This document shows positions 20,537 through 30,503 of a stretch of DNA of 64,000 nt, piece by piece. Positions within the stretch are counted from its first letter, which is position 1. Each line of letters begins with the position of its first letter. The stretch comes from Moheibacter lacus. GTDB taxonomy: Bacteria; Bacteroidota; Bacteroidia; Flavobacteriales; Weeksellaceae. The notes beneath the pieces are model-generated. The model saw only the letters and a list, made by a program, of their open reading frames with translations. It made no database searches and was not told the DNA's origin. The translations under genes were made by a program, and so were the position numbers. The stretch spans positions 21,129-85,128 of the forward strand of contig JBEBVY010000002.1 in the NCBI GenBank assembly GCA_040392505.1. The letters run 5' to 3'.

Positions 20537-21259
20537 TTAGAAGTTTTGTTTCACCATGTACTTATCATAAAAAGCTTTGATATGACCCACGGCCTCTTCT
20601 GGCGTATCCACCAAACGATAGAGTTCGAAATCCTTTACGCTGATATTTCCGGCTGCCAAAACGGTATGTTTTAACCAATCAATGAGTCCTGACCAAAACT
20701 TTGTCCCGACCAATACGATGGGAAACCTTCCCGTTTTTTGGGTTTGAATCAGCGTCAGGGCTTCAAAAAGCTCGTCAAGCGTTCCCAGTCCGCCGGGTAA
20801 GACAATAAAACCTTGGGCGTATTTTACAAACATTACCTTTCGGGCAAAGAAATAATCAAAATTGATGGTGTAATCATAATCCACAAAAGAATTTAATCCG
20901 GCCTCAAACGGCAATCTTATTCCGATTCCGACAGATTTTCCACCGCCTCTTTGTGCTCCTTTGTTGGCGGATTCCATCACGCCCGGTCCGCCACCTGTTA
21001 TGACGCCAAAGCCCAGCTGTGTCAATTGAAATGCGATTTCTTCCGCCATTTTGTAGTATTCGGAATCGACTTGTGTCCGAGCAGATCCAAAGATCGAAAC
21101 ACAAGGCCCTATTTTGGACATTTTCTCGTATCCTTCCACAAATTCCGACATGATTTTAAAAAGGGCCCAGGAATCGTTAGATTTTACTTCGTTCCAATTT
21201 TTGGGGACTAACTTTTCTCTTATGCGGTCATTTTCTTCTTTCTCCGTCATTTTTTTCAA
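20537..21259 (-). CDS. LOG family (TIGR00730) Rossmann-fold protein
   Basis: VSIFGSAR, TGGGPGVME, FFARKVMF, PGGLGTLDELFE. Confidence 0.9.
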   Translation of the reverse strand: MKKMTEKEENDRIREKLVPKNWNEVKSNDSWALFKIMSEFVEGYEKMSKIGPCVSIFGSARTQVDSEYYKMAEEIAFQLTQLGFGVITGGGPGVMESANKGAQRGGGKSVGIGIRLPFEAGLNSFVDYDYTINFDYFFARKVMFVKYAQGFIVLPGGLGTLDELFEALTLIQTQKTGRFPIVLVGTKFWSGLIDWLKHTVLAAGNISVKDFELYRLVDTPEEAVGHIKAFYDKYMVKQNF

Positions 21260-22618
21260 TTAAATAGGTAATGTAATCAATTCTCGGTATTTTTCAGTAA
21301 ATAAAAAACCCTTTACCACCGAATCGATATCAAGGTTTTTTTCGACTTTTGTCATCCGCTCATTTATTCTTTTTCGCTCTTTTATCTGGTGGTGAAATTC
21401 GTAATATCCATAACCCATACAAACGCCGTCGTTTACCCATACAAACGAGCTTTCGCCAAGCTGTCTTCCTTCGTCAATGAGCAAGATGTTTTTATTTTCA
21501 AGTTTAATTTTTTCTAAAAATTCGTTCACTCTTTGGTTATAGGCTTCAGCTGATTCTACTTTTTCGCATGCCCCTAAACACTCACCCACTTCATAACTTA
21601 AACAATGTAAATTCTCGGGAGAAATCCCATTTAGTTTAGGACAAAGTTGAAATTCTTCCGTTATAAGAGAAAGGATTTTCTGCCCCATTTTGAGGTTCAA
21701 AATCCGAAAAACGGAATCTTTTCGTTTTCTTTGGTTTTTATCCAGCTTTAGAATTTCATATCCGTCCTTAACCTCTACATAGATAGAATAGGGAAAATCA
21801 AATTTTTGAGAGCCACTTGCCAACCGAGGTTTCAAACGTTTGCTTTCATTGGCCTCTTTTATCCAGGAAATCAATTCGTTGCCTGTTATTTCATATCTAA
21901 TGCTTTCAAATTCCAAACGGATTCGATTGGCCAGACAGGATTTTCCGGTTAGGATTTTCCGGGCGGTTAAAGCTATATTGAGCGCTCTCGTGAGATAAAT
22001 AACCTCCTTTTCCTTATTTAAAAAATACACCAAACCAATTTTATTGGGCAAATCTTCATAATGAGAGGCAAATTTATGACGGGATCCCTTTTTTTCTTCT
22101 TCCAGTTTTGAAATTGTTTTTTGAGCATCCTGTTCCAGCAAAAGTTTAAATAATTCCAGAGTTGCACGTGCGTCTCCAGCCGCTCTGTGACGATCTGAAA
22201 CCGGGATTCCAAGCTCTTTGCTTAATTTTCCCAAAGAATAAGAACCGGCTTCAGGAAAAGCTTTTTCGCTTAAGGGAACCGTATCTATGGTTTCTCTGTA
22301 ATAGGCATACCCCAACTTTTTAAACTCCTGTTTCAACATTCTGTAATCAAAATCCACATTATGTCCTACCAATATGGTTCCCTCAGTGATTTCGATGATG
22401 CGTTTGGCGATTTCATGAAATTTAGGGGCGGTTTTTACCATTTTGGGCGTGATCTGCGTCAGTCTTTGAACATAATTATCAATTTTCCGGTCAGGAGAAA
22501 CCAAAGAAATCAATTGATCCACCACTTTTTGACCATTGTATCGATAAATGGCTACTTCTATGATGTCCTCTTCTCCCTTTTTTCCTCCGGTGGCTTCAAT
22601 GTCAATAACTGCGTACAT
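21260..22618 (-). CDS. DnaQ-like (DEDDh) exonuclease fused to a degenerate GIY-YIG/UvrC-like region
   Basis: IDIEATG, VGHNVDFD, HRAAGDA; C-terminal Cys cluster (LCP...CLSYEVGECLGAC). Confidence 0.82.
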   Translation of the reverse strand: MYAVIDIEATGGKKGEEDIIEVAIYRYNGQKVVDQLISLVSPDRKIDNYVQRLTQITPKMVKTAPKFHEIAKRIIEITEGTILVGHNVDFDYRMLKQEFKKLGYAYYRETIDTVPLSEKAFPEAGSYSLGKLSKELGIPVSDRHRAAGDARATLELFKLLLEQDAQKTISKLEEEKKGSRHKFASHYEDLPNKIGLVYFLNKEKEVIYLTRALNIALTARKILTGKSCLANRIRLEFESIRYEITGNELISWIKEANESKRLKPRLASGSQKFDFPYSIYVEVKDGYEILKLDKNQRKRKDSVFRILNLKMGQKILSLITEEFQLCPKLNGISPENLHCLSYEVGECLGACEKVESAEAYNQRVNEFLEKIKLENKNILLIDEGRQLGESSFVWVNDGVCMGYGYYEFHHQIKERKRINERMTKVEKNLDIDSVVKGFLFTEKYRELITLPI

Positions 22619-22621
22619 TAT

Positions 22622-24142
22622 TTATCTTCTGGATATTTTTCCAAAAAGGCCTCTGATGATTTGATTTCCAATCGTACGGATGAAACTTTTGGTAGTCGAA
22701 TCGCTCAAAATGGTCTCAATGGTTGATTTTTCTTTTCGAGGTCTTCCGGCTTTTTTGGGTGGTGCTGCATTTTCTTCGGCAGTAAGGGTTTCAATTTTCT
22801 TCGAAAGAATTTCAAAAGCGGTTTCCTTATCCAAATCTTGTGCGTATTTACTTACTAAGGGGGATTCATTTACGATGGACTGAATTTCCTGATCAGTCAA
22901 AACATCCATACGGGAAAGCGGTGCGCGCATATAAGTATGCGCCAAAGGCGTAGGGATTCCCTTTTCATTTAGAGCGGTAATGAATGCTTCACCTATTCCT
23001 AATTGTGTGATGACTTCATCTGCTTTATAATATTGGGAAATCGGATAGTTTTCCACTGCTTTCTGAATTTGTTTGCGGTCTTTGGCTGTAAAACCACGCA
23101 GGGCGTGTTGGATTTTTAAACCCAATTGACTCAAAACAGCATCGGGAACATCTGCGGGAACCTGTGTACAGAAATAAATTCCTACAGATTTTGAACGAAT
23201 TAATTTGATCATCGTTTCGATTTGATCCAAAAGCGCATTACTCGCTTCATTAAAAATCAAATGGGCTTCGTCTATGAAAATAACTAACTTGGGTTTGTCC
23301 AAATCACCCGATTCAGGAAGGGTTTCATAGATTTCTGCGAGTAAACTCAACATAAAAGTCGAAAACAAATTGGGTTTGTTCTGAACATCGATCAAACGGA
23401 TGATGCTGACGATTCCTTTTCCGTCTTTTGTCCTCATCAAATCATTCACATCAAAGGAAAGTTCGCCAAAAAATCGGGTAGCACCTTGTTGTTCCAGCGC
23501 CACTATTTTTCGCAAAATCGTTCCCAAAGAAGCAGGCGAAATGCTTCCATAATTGGAAGTCAATTCTTTTTTTCCTTCATCTGTTTCGCTTACATATTGC
23601 AGGACTTTACGCATATCGGCTAAATCGACAAGGGGCAAACCTTTATCGTCGCAATATTTAAAAATGATAGAAATGATACTGGTTTGCGTATCATTTAGAC
23701 CCAAAATTTTACTAAATAAAATAGGCCCGAATTCGGAAACCGTAGCCCGTAGCCGAACGCCTTTTTCATCACTTAAGCTTAAAAGCTCAACCGGCACTCC
23801 CGCCGGCGTATAATCCAACCCCAGAAGCGATTGTCTTTCCTGAACTCCTTTGTCCACTTCTCCGGCAGCAGCGATTCCACTTAAATCCCCTTTGATGTCC
23901 ATCAGCAAAGAAGGAACCCCCTTTAAGGACAATTGTTCCGCCAGAATCTGAAGGGATTTGGTCTTTCCCGTACCGGTTGCTCCGGCGATTAACCCATGTC
24001 TGTTCATGGTTTTCAGCGCAATGGAAATTTCGGCGTCTCTCAGGACTTCTCCATCGAGTTTGGCCTTTCCAAGCACTATTTTATCGCCTTTATATTGATA
24101 ATTATTTTGTATTTCTTGGATAAAAGATTCTTTTGCTGACAT
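22622..24142 (-). CDS. HerA-like ATPase (DUF853/YjgR family)
   Basis: NRHGLIAGATGTGKT Walker A, FIDEAHL Walker B, QHALRGFT. Confidence 0.88.
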   Translation of the reverse strand: MSAKESFIQEIQNNYQYKGDKIVLGKAKLDGEVLRDAEISIALKTMNRHGLIAGATGTGKTKSLQILAEQLSLKGVPSLLMDIKGDLSGIAAAGEVDKGVQERQSLLGLDYTPAGVPVELLSLSDEKGVRLRATVSEFGPILFSKILGLNDTQTSIISIIFKYCDDKGLPLVDLADMRKVLQYVSETDEGKKELTSNYGSISPASLGTILRKIVALEQQGATRFFGELSFDVNDLMRTKDGKGIVSIIRLIDVQNKPNLFSTFMLSLLAEIYETLPESGDLDKPKLVIFIDEAHLIFNEASNALLDQIETMIKLIRSKSVGIYFCTQVPADVPDAVLSQLGLKIQHALRGFTAKDRKQIQKAVENYPISQYYKADEVITQLGIGEAFITALNEKGIPTPLAHTYMRAPLSRMDVLTDQEIQSIVNESPLVSKYAQDLDKETAFEILSKKIETLTAEENAAPPKKAGRPRKEKSTIETILSDSTTKSFIRTIGNQIIRGLFGKISRR

Positions 24143-24177
24143 GTAAAATACGAGTTGATTCGTTCAAAGATACAATT

Positions 24178-25203
24178 TTACGGTAATTTGAAATAGCCGA
24201 CAACGGGATAATGGTCAGAGAGTTTCAGTTCTTTTCTGACTTCGTATTTCGTAGCTAAAAATTCGTCCGAATGAAAAATATAATCCAGCCTGAGCGGATA
24301 TTTGAAATCATGAAAACTGGTGCCGGAAGATTTTCCTACTTCGTAGTAAGCGTCTGTTAACCAATACGAAATCTGTTGGTATTCATACGAATTGGGAACG
24401 GCATTAAGATCGCCAGCCAATATCACCGGATGTTTGGATTGGGTGATATAAGGCAGAATTTTTTTGATTTGACTTTCATGCTGAAGAAATCCTTTGGTCA
24501 ATTTGTTTTTTAATATTTTAGAATTGGTCTCTGCCGTTTCCATGTCATTGACTGTTTCTGCTACCAGTTTTTTATCGATAAACATGGGCTCCAAGTACAC
24601 ATTGATCACCCGGATGGTATCTTTTCCCAAATCCAAATCTGCATAAGCTGCAAGCCCGACCGTTTTGTTTTCGCCCGAAAAAATCTTTTTGAACTCAATA
24701 ATCGGATATTTGCTAAATACCTGAATAAGTGAGTGTTTCTCATGATAATAATCGGCAAATGCCGAATCTTTCAGGTTTTCAAATTTTTCATTTCGCCAAT
24801 ATACTTCTTGTAAAAGCACAACATCGGCTTTTTCATTATTGAAAAAATCCACAAATCCGGGTTCCCGTAAATATTGTCCGTTGAAGGAAATAATTTTAAA
24901 ATCGGGAACGGTTTCAACCGTTTTCCCAAAAAATTGATAGGTTTTGGTCAATGGAAAATACAGACCCACGGAAAGCAAAAGAAACAATAATGCATAGGGT
25001 GCCCTGCGCCAAAATAAAAAGATAATCAAACCCAAATTGGCCAAAACAATCAAAGGATACAAAATGGGAACAAAACCGAAATATGGAAGGGTGGACGGGG
25101 CAATATGCGGAGCCAAATAAATGCTGTAGGATAATCCCAAAAACAGTAAATGTGAAATAAAAAACACCGGATCCCATCCGCTTAAACGCAATCCTCTACC
25201 CAT
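24178..25203 (-). CDS. Endonuclease/exonuclease/phosphatase family membrane protein
   Basis: N-terminal TM helices; LQE, GDLN, RLDYIF, SDHYPV. Confidence 0.88.
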   Translation of the reverse strand: MGRGLRLSGWDPVFFISHLLFLGLSYSIYLAPHIAPSTLPYFGFVPILYPLIVLANLGLIIFLFWRRAPYALLFLLLSVGLYFPLTKTYQFFGKTVETVPDFKIISFNGQYLREPGFVDFFNNEKADVVLLQEVYWRNEKFENLKDSAFADYYHEKHSLIQVFSKYPIIEFKKIFSGENKTVGLAAYADLDLGKDTIRVINVYLEPMFIDKKLVAETVNDMETAETNSKILKNKLTKGFLQHESQIKKILPYITQSKHPVILAGDLNAVPNSYEYQQISYWLTDAYYEVGKSSGTSFHDFKYPLRLDYIFHSDEFLATKYEVRKELKLSDHYPVVGYFKLP

Positions 25204-26047
25204 TTTCCCTTTGTTTGAAAAGGAAATCTTTTTCCTCTTTGCTTAAACTTTCATACCCTGATTTTGAAATTTTATCCAAAATTTTATCCACTTCCTTTTG
25301 TTTGTTGACTTTTTGCGAATTGAATTCGTAATCGTTTCTGGATGCTTTTCGACGTTCTTTTTGAACCTCTTTTTTCTGACGAAAGAAAAGCGAACGGATG
25401 ATTCCGCCCAGAAAATCGTTTCCCTTCTCAAATTGTTTCATATACAAAAATCCAAACGCAGCCCCACCGATGTGCGAAATATGACCGCCGACATTGTTTC
25501 CCGACAAAATCATAAAGAAATCCAAGGCGAGCAATCCGTAAGCCACATAGTCCAGCGGTATATTGATGTTGATAAACATCAGCTGGACCTTCGTTTTAGG
25601 GATATAGGCAACCAATGCAAAAAACACCGCATAAACCGCAGCGGAAGCTCCTACCAATCCCAAACCATAGTTAAAAACATAGGAAAACCCCATAAAAAAC
25701 AAAGCGCCCGAAATCGATCCGAACAAGAAAAAAGTCAGGAAATCTTCCTTTCTGAAATAGCGCAGAAATAATTGCCCGATGAAATAAATCATCAGACAGT
25801 TCAACGCCAGATGAAGCAAACCGCCGTGAAAAAAAGTATAGGTCAGAATGCCCCAAGGCTGAGAGAAAAACCCTTCTAAAGTGGGTTTGGCATCAAAATA
25901 ATGATTGATTTTCCAGACGCTATTTCTGAAAAAAAGTAAATCCAAAATGGCGGAAATAACGAAAACCCCAACACAGATAAAGATCAGTTTGACGTTGATG
26001 TCGCCGTTTTTATAATTGTTTTTTAATTGTTGAATGAAGTCACTCAT
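25196..26047 (-). CDS. Rhomboid family intramembrane serine protease
   Basis: HLALN, VGASAA, SHIGGA; C-terminal DKILDKISKSGYESL domain. Start at ATG 26047. Confidence 0.9.
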   Translation of the reverse strand: MSDFIQQLKNNYKNGDINVKLIFICVGVFVISAILDLLFFRNSVWKINHYFDAKPTLEGFFSQPWGILTYTFFHGGLLHLALNCLMIYFIGQLFLRYFRKEDFLTFFLFGSISGALFFMGFSYVFNYGLGLVGASAAVYAVFFALVAYIPKTKVQLMFININIPLDYVAYGLLALDFFMILSGNNVGGHISHIGGAAFGFLYMKQFEKGNDFLGGIIRSLFFRQKKEVQKERRKASRNDYEFNSQKVNKQKEVDKILDKISKSGYESLSKEEKDFLFKQRENG

Positions 26048-26048
26048 A

Positions 26049-26804
26049 TCAATGCTCTCGATGTAATTTTTTCTTCCACGACCGTACAAGAATGAAGCCA
26101 ATTATCGCCCCACCAATATGTGCAAAATGCGCAATCGGATTCCAAGCGTAATTCTGAATGGCCATAAAAAATTCGAGTGCAATCAACACCGGAATAAAAT
26201 ATTTGGCCTTTACCGGAATTGGCAAGAAAATCAATGCCAGTTTAGCATCAGGATATAAAACCCCAAATGCTACCAAAATACCGTAAATCGCTCCGGAAGC
26301 GCCTACCATTGGAGTTACATAATAAGTTGCTAACTCCTTTACAGATTCCATGTCTGAAGAACCTGGCAGCATATAACTTCCCGAGTTATTGTAACTCAAA
26401 CTTTGAATAAATTCCGGAATATTTACTCCCGTAGCCGCAACGACGGATTTTAACTGTTCGATTTGCAAATAATTTGTGAAATTAAACAAAGCAAAAGAAC
26501 CCAAACCTGCCGCAAAATAAAGTATCAGAAATCTCTTTGATCCCAAAGCCTGTTCTGCAACAGAACCAAACATCCACAAAGCAAACATATTGAACAAAAT
26601 ATGGGAAATATTGGGAAAAGGCGCATGCATAAACATATGCGTGATGATTTGCCAAGGCCTGAAATTAACAGACTCCGGATAAAAAGCGCCCAAAATGCTT
26701 CCCAAATCAATTCCTCTTGAGGCAAAAACAATGGTTGCTAAAAAGAATAATCCGTTGATAATCAATAGGTTTTTGGTAACAGCCGGTATGGGTTGATTGA
26801 ACAT
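26049..26804 (-). CDS. Rhomboid family intramembrane serine protease
   Basis: WQIITHMFMH, HILFNM, VGASGA, AHIGGA. Confidence 0.92.
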   Translation of the reverse strand: MFNQPIPAVTKNLLIINGLFFLATIVFASRGIDLGSILGAFYPESVNFRPWQIITHMFMHAPFPNISHILFNMFALWMFGSVAEQALGSKRFLILYFAAGLGSFALFNFTNYLQIEQLKSVVAATGVNIPEFIQSLSYNNSGSYMLPGSSDMESVKELATYYVTPMVGASGAIYGILVAFGVLYPDAKLALIFLPIPVKAKYFIPVLIALEFFMAIQNYAWNPIAHFAHIGGAIIGFILVRSWKKKLHREH

Positions 26805-26807
26805 ATT

Positions 26808-28592
26808 TTAATTTAATTTTTTAGTGATTTCATCTTCCGGAATCTGCACAAAAACCGGTTTTCCATAAGGTGAAAAATTGGGTTCGTCCAGTTGCAACAA
26901 TTGCTGTGCCAAATGTCGGGCCTGTTCGGGTAACAAAGCGACGCCTTTTTTGATAGCGGAATTTTTAGCGATGATTTTGGATATTTCCACTTTCAAATCC
27001 ACTTTTTCATGCCATTCCAGATCATGTAAAAAATCGGCGAAAACAGATGGAATTTCTTCTGCTTCCACTTCCGTCGGAAAAGCATTCACCATGATGGTAT
27101 CTTTCTGAAAATCAACATCAAATCCAAAGTTAACCAAATCCATTTCTATGTTTTTCAGCATGGCAGTATCCGATTCGTTGGATGGAATTTCTATGGGAAA
27201 TAAAAGCCGTTGGCTCAGGGCGTTTCCACTGATGGATTGTGTGAGTTTATGAAACAGAATCAACTGATGAGCCCGGTTTTGGTCGATGATCAAAAGTTCA
27301 CCTTTGTGTTGGGTTATCAGGTATTTGTTCATCCACTGAATCACCTGAAATTCGCCGATTTCAAATTCTTCTTTGCTTAAAAGGGTTTCCGGATGGTTGT
27401 TTTCGATTTCAAATTCAGAAAAAGATTTGTACAAATCCTCAACCGGCCTGATTTCTTTTTGGGAAGACCTCGCATCAAAAGGATTATAATTCCGATCCAC
27501 TTTGATTTCGGGCGTTTTGACCGCTTGGTTTGGGGGTTTGCTCGGAATAAATGCCCAATCGGGATTCTGGTCAAAATCCAACGAAGGCATGATGTTGAAT
27601 TGCCCCAAAGCATGCTTCACCGCCGAACGCAAAACCGCATAAATGCTGTATTCGTCTTCAAATTTAATTTCGGTTTTAGTCGGATGGATATTGATGTCGA
27701 TTTTGGACGGATCAATTTCCAAATTCAGAAAATAGGAAGGCACATATTGGTTGGGAAGTAAATTCTCAAAAGCATCGGTAATGGCTTTATGGAGATAATT
27801 GCTTTTTATAAACCGCTGATTGACAAAAAAATACTGTTCGCCTCTTTGTTTTTTGGCACTTTCCGGTTTTCCTACAAATCCATATAGGTTTACAACGTCG
27901 GTTTCTTCTGAAATCGGCACCAGTTGCGCATCGATTTTCCGTCCGAATATCTGAACAATCCGCTGACGCAAATTGCCCGATTTGAGTATGTAAACTTCGG
28001 AATCATTGTGATAAAACCGAAAGTTGATTTGTTCATGCGCCAATGCAACACGCAAAAATTCTTCCTGAATGTGTCTTAATTCTACTTGATTGGATTTCAG
28101 GAAATTACGCCTTGCAGGAACGTTATAAAATAAATTTTTAACCGAAATGGAAGTCCCTTTTTGGGCTGCAGCCGGAAGCTGATCCCGAACTGTTCCACCA
28201 TCAATTATCAAACGATTTCCCAATTCTTCATCGTCCTTTTTGGTTACGGCATCCACTTGTGCAACCGCCGCAATAGAAGCCAAGGCTTCACCACGGAAAC
28301 CTTTGGTTTGGATGTGAAAAATATCTTCTGTTGTACGGATTTTGGAGGTGGCATGACGTTCAAACGCCAGACGTAAATCGGTCACGCTCATTCCCGAACC
28401 ATTGTCCACGACTTGAACCAGCGTTCTTCCGGCATCTTTAACGATGAGGTCGATTTCGGTTGCACCGGCATCAACCGCGTTTTCAATTAATTCTTTTACT
28501 AATGAAGCCGGGCGTTGCACCACTTCACCGGCAGCGATTTGGTTGGCCACATGATCGGGCAATAATTGGATGATATCTCCTGTCGAAACCAT
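26808..28592 (-). CDS. mutL: DNA mismatch repair endonuclease MutL
   Basis: NQIAAGEVV, KELIENAVDAG, GFRGEAL, INIHPTK, IIDQNRAH. Confidence 0.97.
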   Translation of the reverse strand: MVSTGDIIQLLPDHVANQIAAGEVVQRPASLVKELIENAVDAGATEIDLIVKDAGRTLVQVVDNGSGMSVTDLRLAFERHATSKIRTTEDIFHIQTKGFRGEALASIAAVAQVDAVTKKDDEELGNRLIIDGGTVRDQLPAAAQKGTSISVKNLFYNVPARRNFLKSNQVELRHIQEEFLRVALAHEQINFRFYHNDSEVYILKSGNLRQRIVQIFGRKIDAQLVPISEETDVVNLYGFVGKPESAKKQRGEQYFFVNQRFIKSNYLHKAITDAFENLLPNQYVPSYFLNLEIDPSKIDINIHPTKTEIKFEDEYSIYAVLRSAVKHALGQFNIMPSLDFDQNPDWAFIPSKPPNQAVKTPEIKVDRNYNPFDARSSQKEIRPVEDLYKSFSEFEIENNHPETLLSKEEFEIGEFQVIQWMNKYLITQHKGELLIIDQNRAHQLILFHKLTQSISGNALSQRLLFPIEIPSNESDTAMLKNIEMDLVNFGFDVDFQKDTIMVNAFPTEVEAEEIPSVFADFLHDLEWHEKVDLKVEISKIIAKNSAIKKGVALLPEQARHLAQQLLQLDEPNFSPYGKPVFVQIPEDEITKKLN

Positions 28593-28614
28593 AAGTTTAC
28601 AAAGGTAGAATAAG

Positions 28615-28645
28615 AAGTAAAAAGTAAAAAGTAGAAAGTGGAAAG
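28615..28645. repeat. Heptamer tandem array (AAGTRRA) x4
   Basis: AAGTAAA AAGTAAA AAGTAGA AAGTGGA AAG between the toxin stop and the mutL promoter. Confidence 0.7.
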
Positions 28646-28660
28646 ATTTTGTAAGAAAGT

Positions 28661-28930
28661 TTATTTGGGGAATTTTTTGTAAATCTCTTTGCGGTGCAAA
28701 ACGGTAATAAAAGTAATTGTATCATTCATAATTTCAGCGCCTAAACGATAATTACCAAGTCGGATACGGTAAAATTGATGATAGCCCCTCAATTTTTTTA
28801 TGTTTGGAATTTCCTGAATAGAGCTTGCCGTTTCACATTCTTGAATGATTTTTTCTATTTGAGGAAATATGGATTTTTCTTTGACTTTTTTGAGGGCTTT
28901 ATTGAAACTTTTATCAAATTCAACCTTCAT
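28661..28930 (-). CDS. Type II toxin, RelE/StbE family
   Basis: 89 aa and basic; IKKLRG..FYRIRLGNYR..HRKEIY. Confidence 0.88.
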   Translation of the reverse strand: MKVEFDKSFNKALKKVKEKSIFPQIEKIIQECETASSIQEIPNIKKLRGYHQFYRIRLGNYRLGAEIMNDTITFITVLHRKEIYKKFPK

Positions 28931-29127
28931 TTTTGTTGGAGGGTTTTCATAATGGTTGCTTTGGACGCTTTTTTACCTGTACGCTCATCGAGCATCAATT
29001 CGCCAAACAAAAAATCCTCTTGCTCAGCTTTGGTTAGGACACGTCCTTTTTCTCCGATTTTTTTAACCAAATCAAGAATAATCTTAGAGCTTTCGCTGTT
29101 TTTTGTGTTGATGATTATGGTTTCCAT
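28927..29127 (-). CDS. Putative antitoxin
   Basis: 66 aa directly upstream of the toxin, 4-bp ATGA overlap, EQEDFLFGELM patch. Confidence 0.7.
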   Translation of the reverse strand: METIIINTKNSESSKIILDLVKKIGEKGRVLTKAEQEDFLFGELMLDERTGKKASKATIMKTLQQK

Positions 29128-29202
29128 TTTAAGTTGTTTTCCACAAAGTTAGAAAAAGATAGGGAATTCAGTGTTGGTAAATTTGTGGAAACATAAATGA
29201 AA

Positions 29203-29691
29203 TCAAATCTTTTTAGAAAACTCCGCCATCACAACCGCCGTAACACCGGCTTCGGTTCCTTTGTTGCCGTGTTTCCCGCCTGAACGGTCGATGGATTGTT
29301 GTTCGTTATCGTCGGTCAGAACACAAAAAATTACGGGGGTGTTGAATCGGATGTTAAGGTCTTTGATGCCTTGGGTTACGCCTTGGCAAACGTAATCGAA
29401 ATGGGCCGTTTCGCCGCGAATGACGCTTCCGATGACGATTACAGCATCAAAATCTCCTTTTTTACACAATTGGCTTGCGCCAAAAACCAATTCGAAGCTA
29501 CCGGGAACTTCAAAAGACTGGATGTTTTCTTCTTTTGCACCTAAATCAAGCAGGGTTTCAATCGCCCCTTTTTGAAGATTATGCGTGATGTGGTGATTCC
29601 ATTGTGAAACAACAATGCCGAAACGAAACGCTTCGGCATTGGGTAATTTATTTTTATCGTAAGCCGACAGGTTTTTATTTTCCGTTGCCAC
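29203..29691 (-). CDS. ribH: 6,7-dimethyl-8-ribityllumazine synthase
   Basis: GIVVSQWN, VPGSFEL, IRGETAHFDYV, GGKHGNKG. Confidence 0.97.
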   Translation of the reverse strand: MATENKNLSAYDKNKLPNAEAFRFGIVVSQWNHHITHNLQKGAIETLLDLGAKEENIQSFEVPGSFELVFGASQLCKKGDFDAVIVIGSVIRGETAHFDYVCQGVTQGIKDLNIRFNTPVIFCVLTDDNEQQSIDRSGGKHGNKGTEAGVTAVVMAEFSKKI

Positions 29692-30385
29692 CTGTTGCGT
29701 ATTTAAGTCTTTCCAGGAATTTCTCTACTTCGCCATTTCCGGCATTTGGATATTTGTCTGCCAATGTTTGGAAGTATTTCTGCGCATCTGCATTTTGTCC
29801 CAATTGCATAGCCAACTTACCTGCTTTTGTGTAATACAGGGTTTGAATGACTTCTACATTGGTTCCTTCAGCAGCTTTTACATAGTAAGGAAGCGCTTCT
29901 TTTTCTTTTTTGGATTCTACCAAAGCATTTCCGATCATTCCGTTTTTCTGAGCCATCAGGATTTCATCTTCCGTGGTAAATTTTTCCAGCATGGAAACGG
30001 CAGAAGCATAATCACCTAATTGGTAATAAGCGATTCCGGCTTTATAGCGCGCGATGTTTCCACCCTTTGTGCTACCATATTCTTCGACGATTTGCTCATA
30101 TCCCTGAAAACTTCCCGGACTTCCTTTTAAAGCCAAAAGAACAGAGTCCTGTTTGAAATATTCGTCTGCTTGCACCATTTCGGTAAATGCTTTTTCCGAT
30201 TTTGGTTCCAAAACGGTTTTCAGATAAACGAAATATCCGATGGCCACAAGCGCCAATGCGCCCAATACACCTATGATGATTTTGGAATGTTTTTCAAAGA
30301 AATTTTCCGCTTTGTAAGCGGTTTCATTCAAGCTATCCAAAACTTTTTCCGTTGTATATTCTTGTTTTTTTCTTGCTTTCGCCAT
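29675..30385 (-). CDS. Tetratricopeptide repeat membrane protein (YfgM-like)
   Basis: Single N-terminal TM followed by TPR-like helices. Confidence 0.75.
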   Translation of the reverse strand: MAKARKKQEYTTEKVLDSLNETAYKAENFFEKHSKIIIGVLGALALVAIGYFVYLKTVLEPKSEKAFTEMVQADEYFKQDSVLLALKGSPGSFQGYEQIVEEYGSTKGGNIARYKAGIAYYQLGDYASAVSMLEKFTTEDEILMAQKNGMIGNALVESKKEKEALPYYVKAAEGTNVEVIQTLYYTKAGKLAMQLGQNADAQKYFQTLADKYPNAGNGEVEKFLERLKYATGGNGK

Positions 30386-30503
30386 GGTTATTTGAATTTC
30401 AAGTGTGCAAAAATAAGAAATTTTATGATGAGTGCAAATTTCATATTACCAATTCATAATCAAAAATTTAGTATTAAATTTAACAAACCATAAATTTACC
30501 ACT

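Noticed and set aside
20537-24142. HerA-like ATPase, exonuclease and LOG protein as an anti-phage system
   Set aside because: The ATPase is the housekeeping DUF853/YjgR type and all three sit in a long core run with recO and mutL; no Sir2, NurA or defence-island context.
29197-29283. 28-codon plus-strand ORF antisense to the ribH 3' end
   Set aside because: Too short and featureless; recorded only as context for the mirror promoter.
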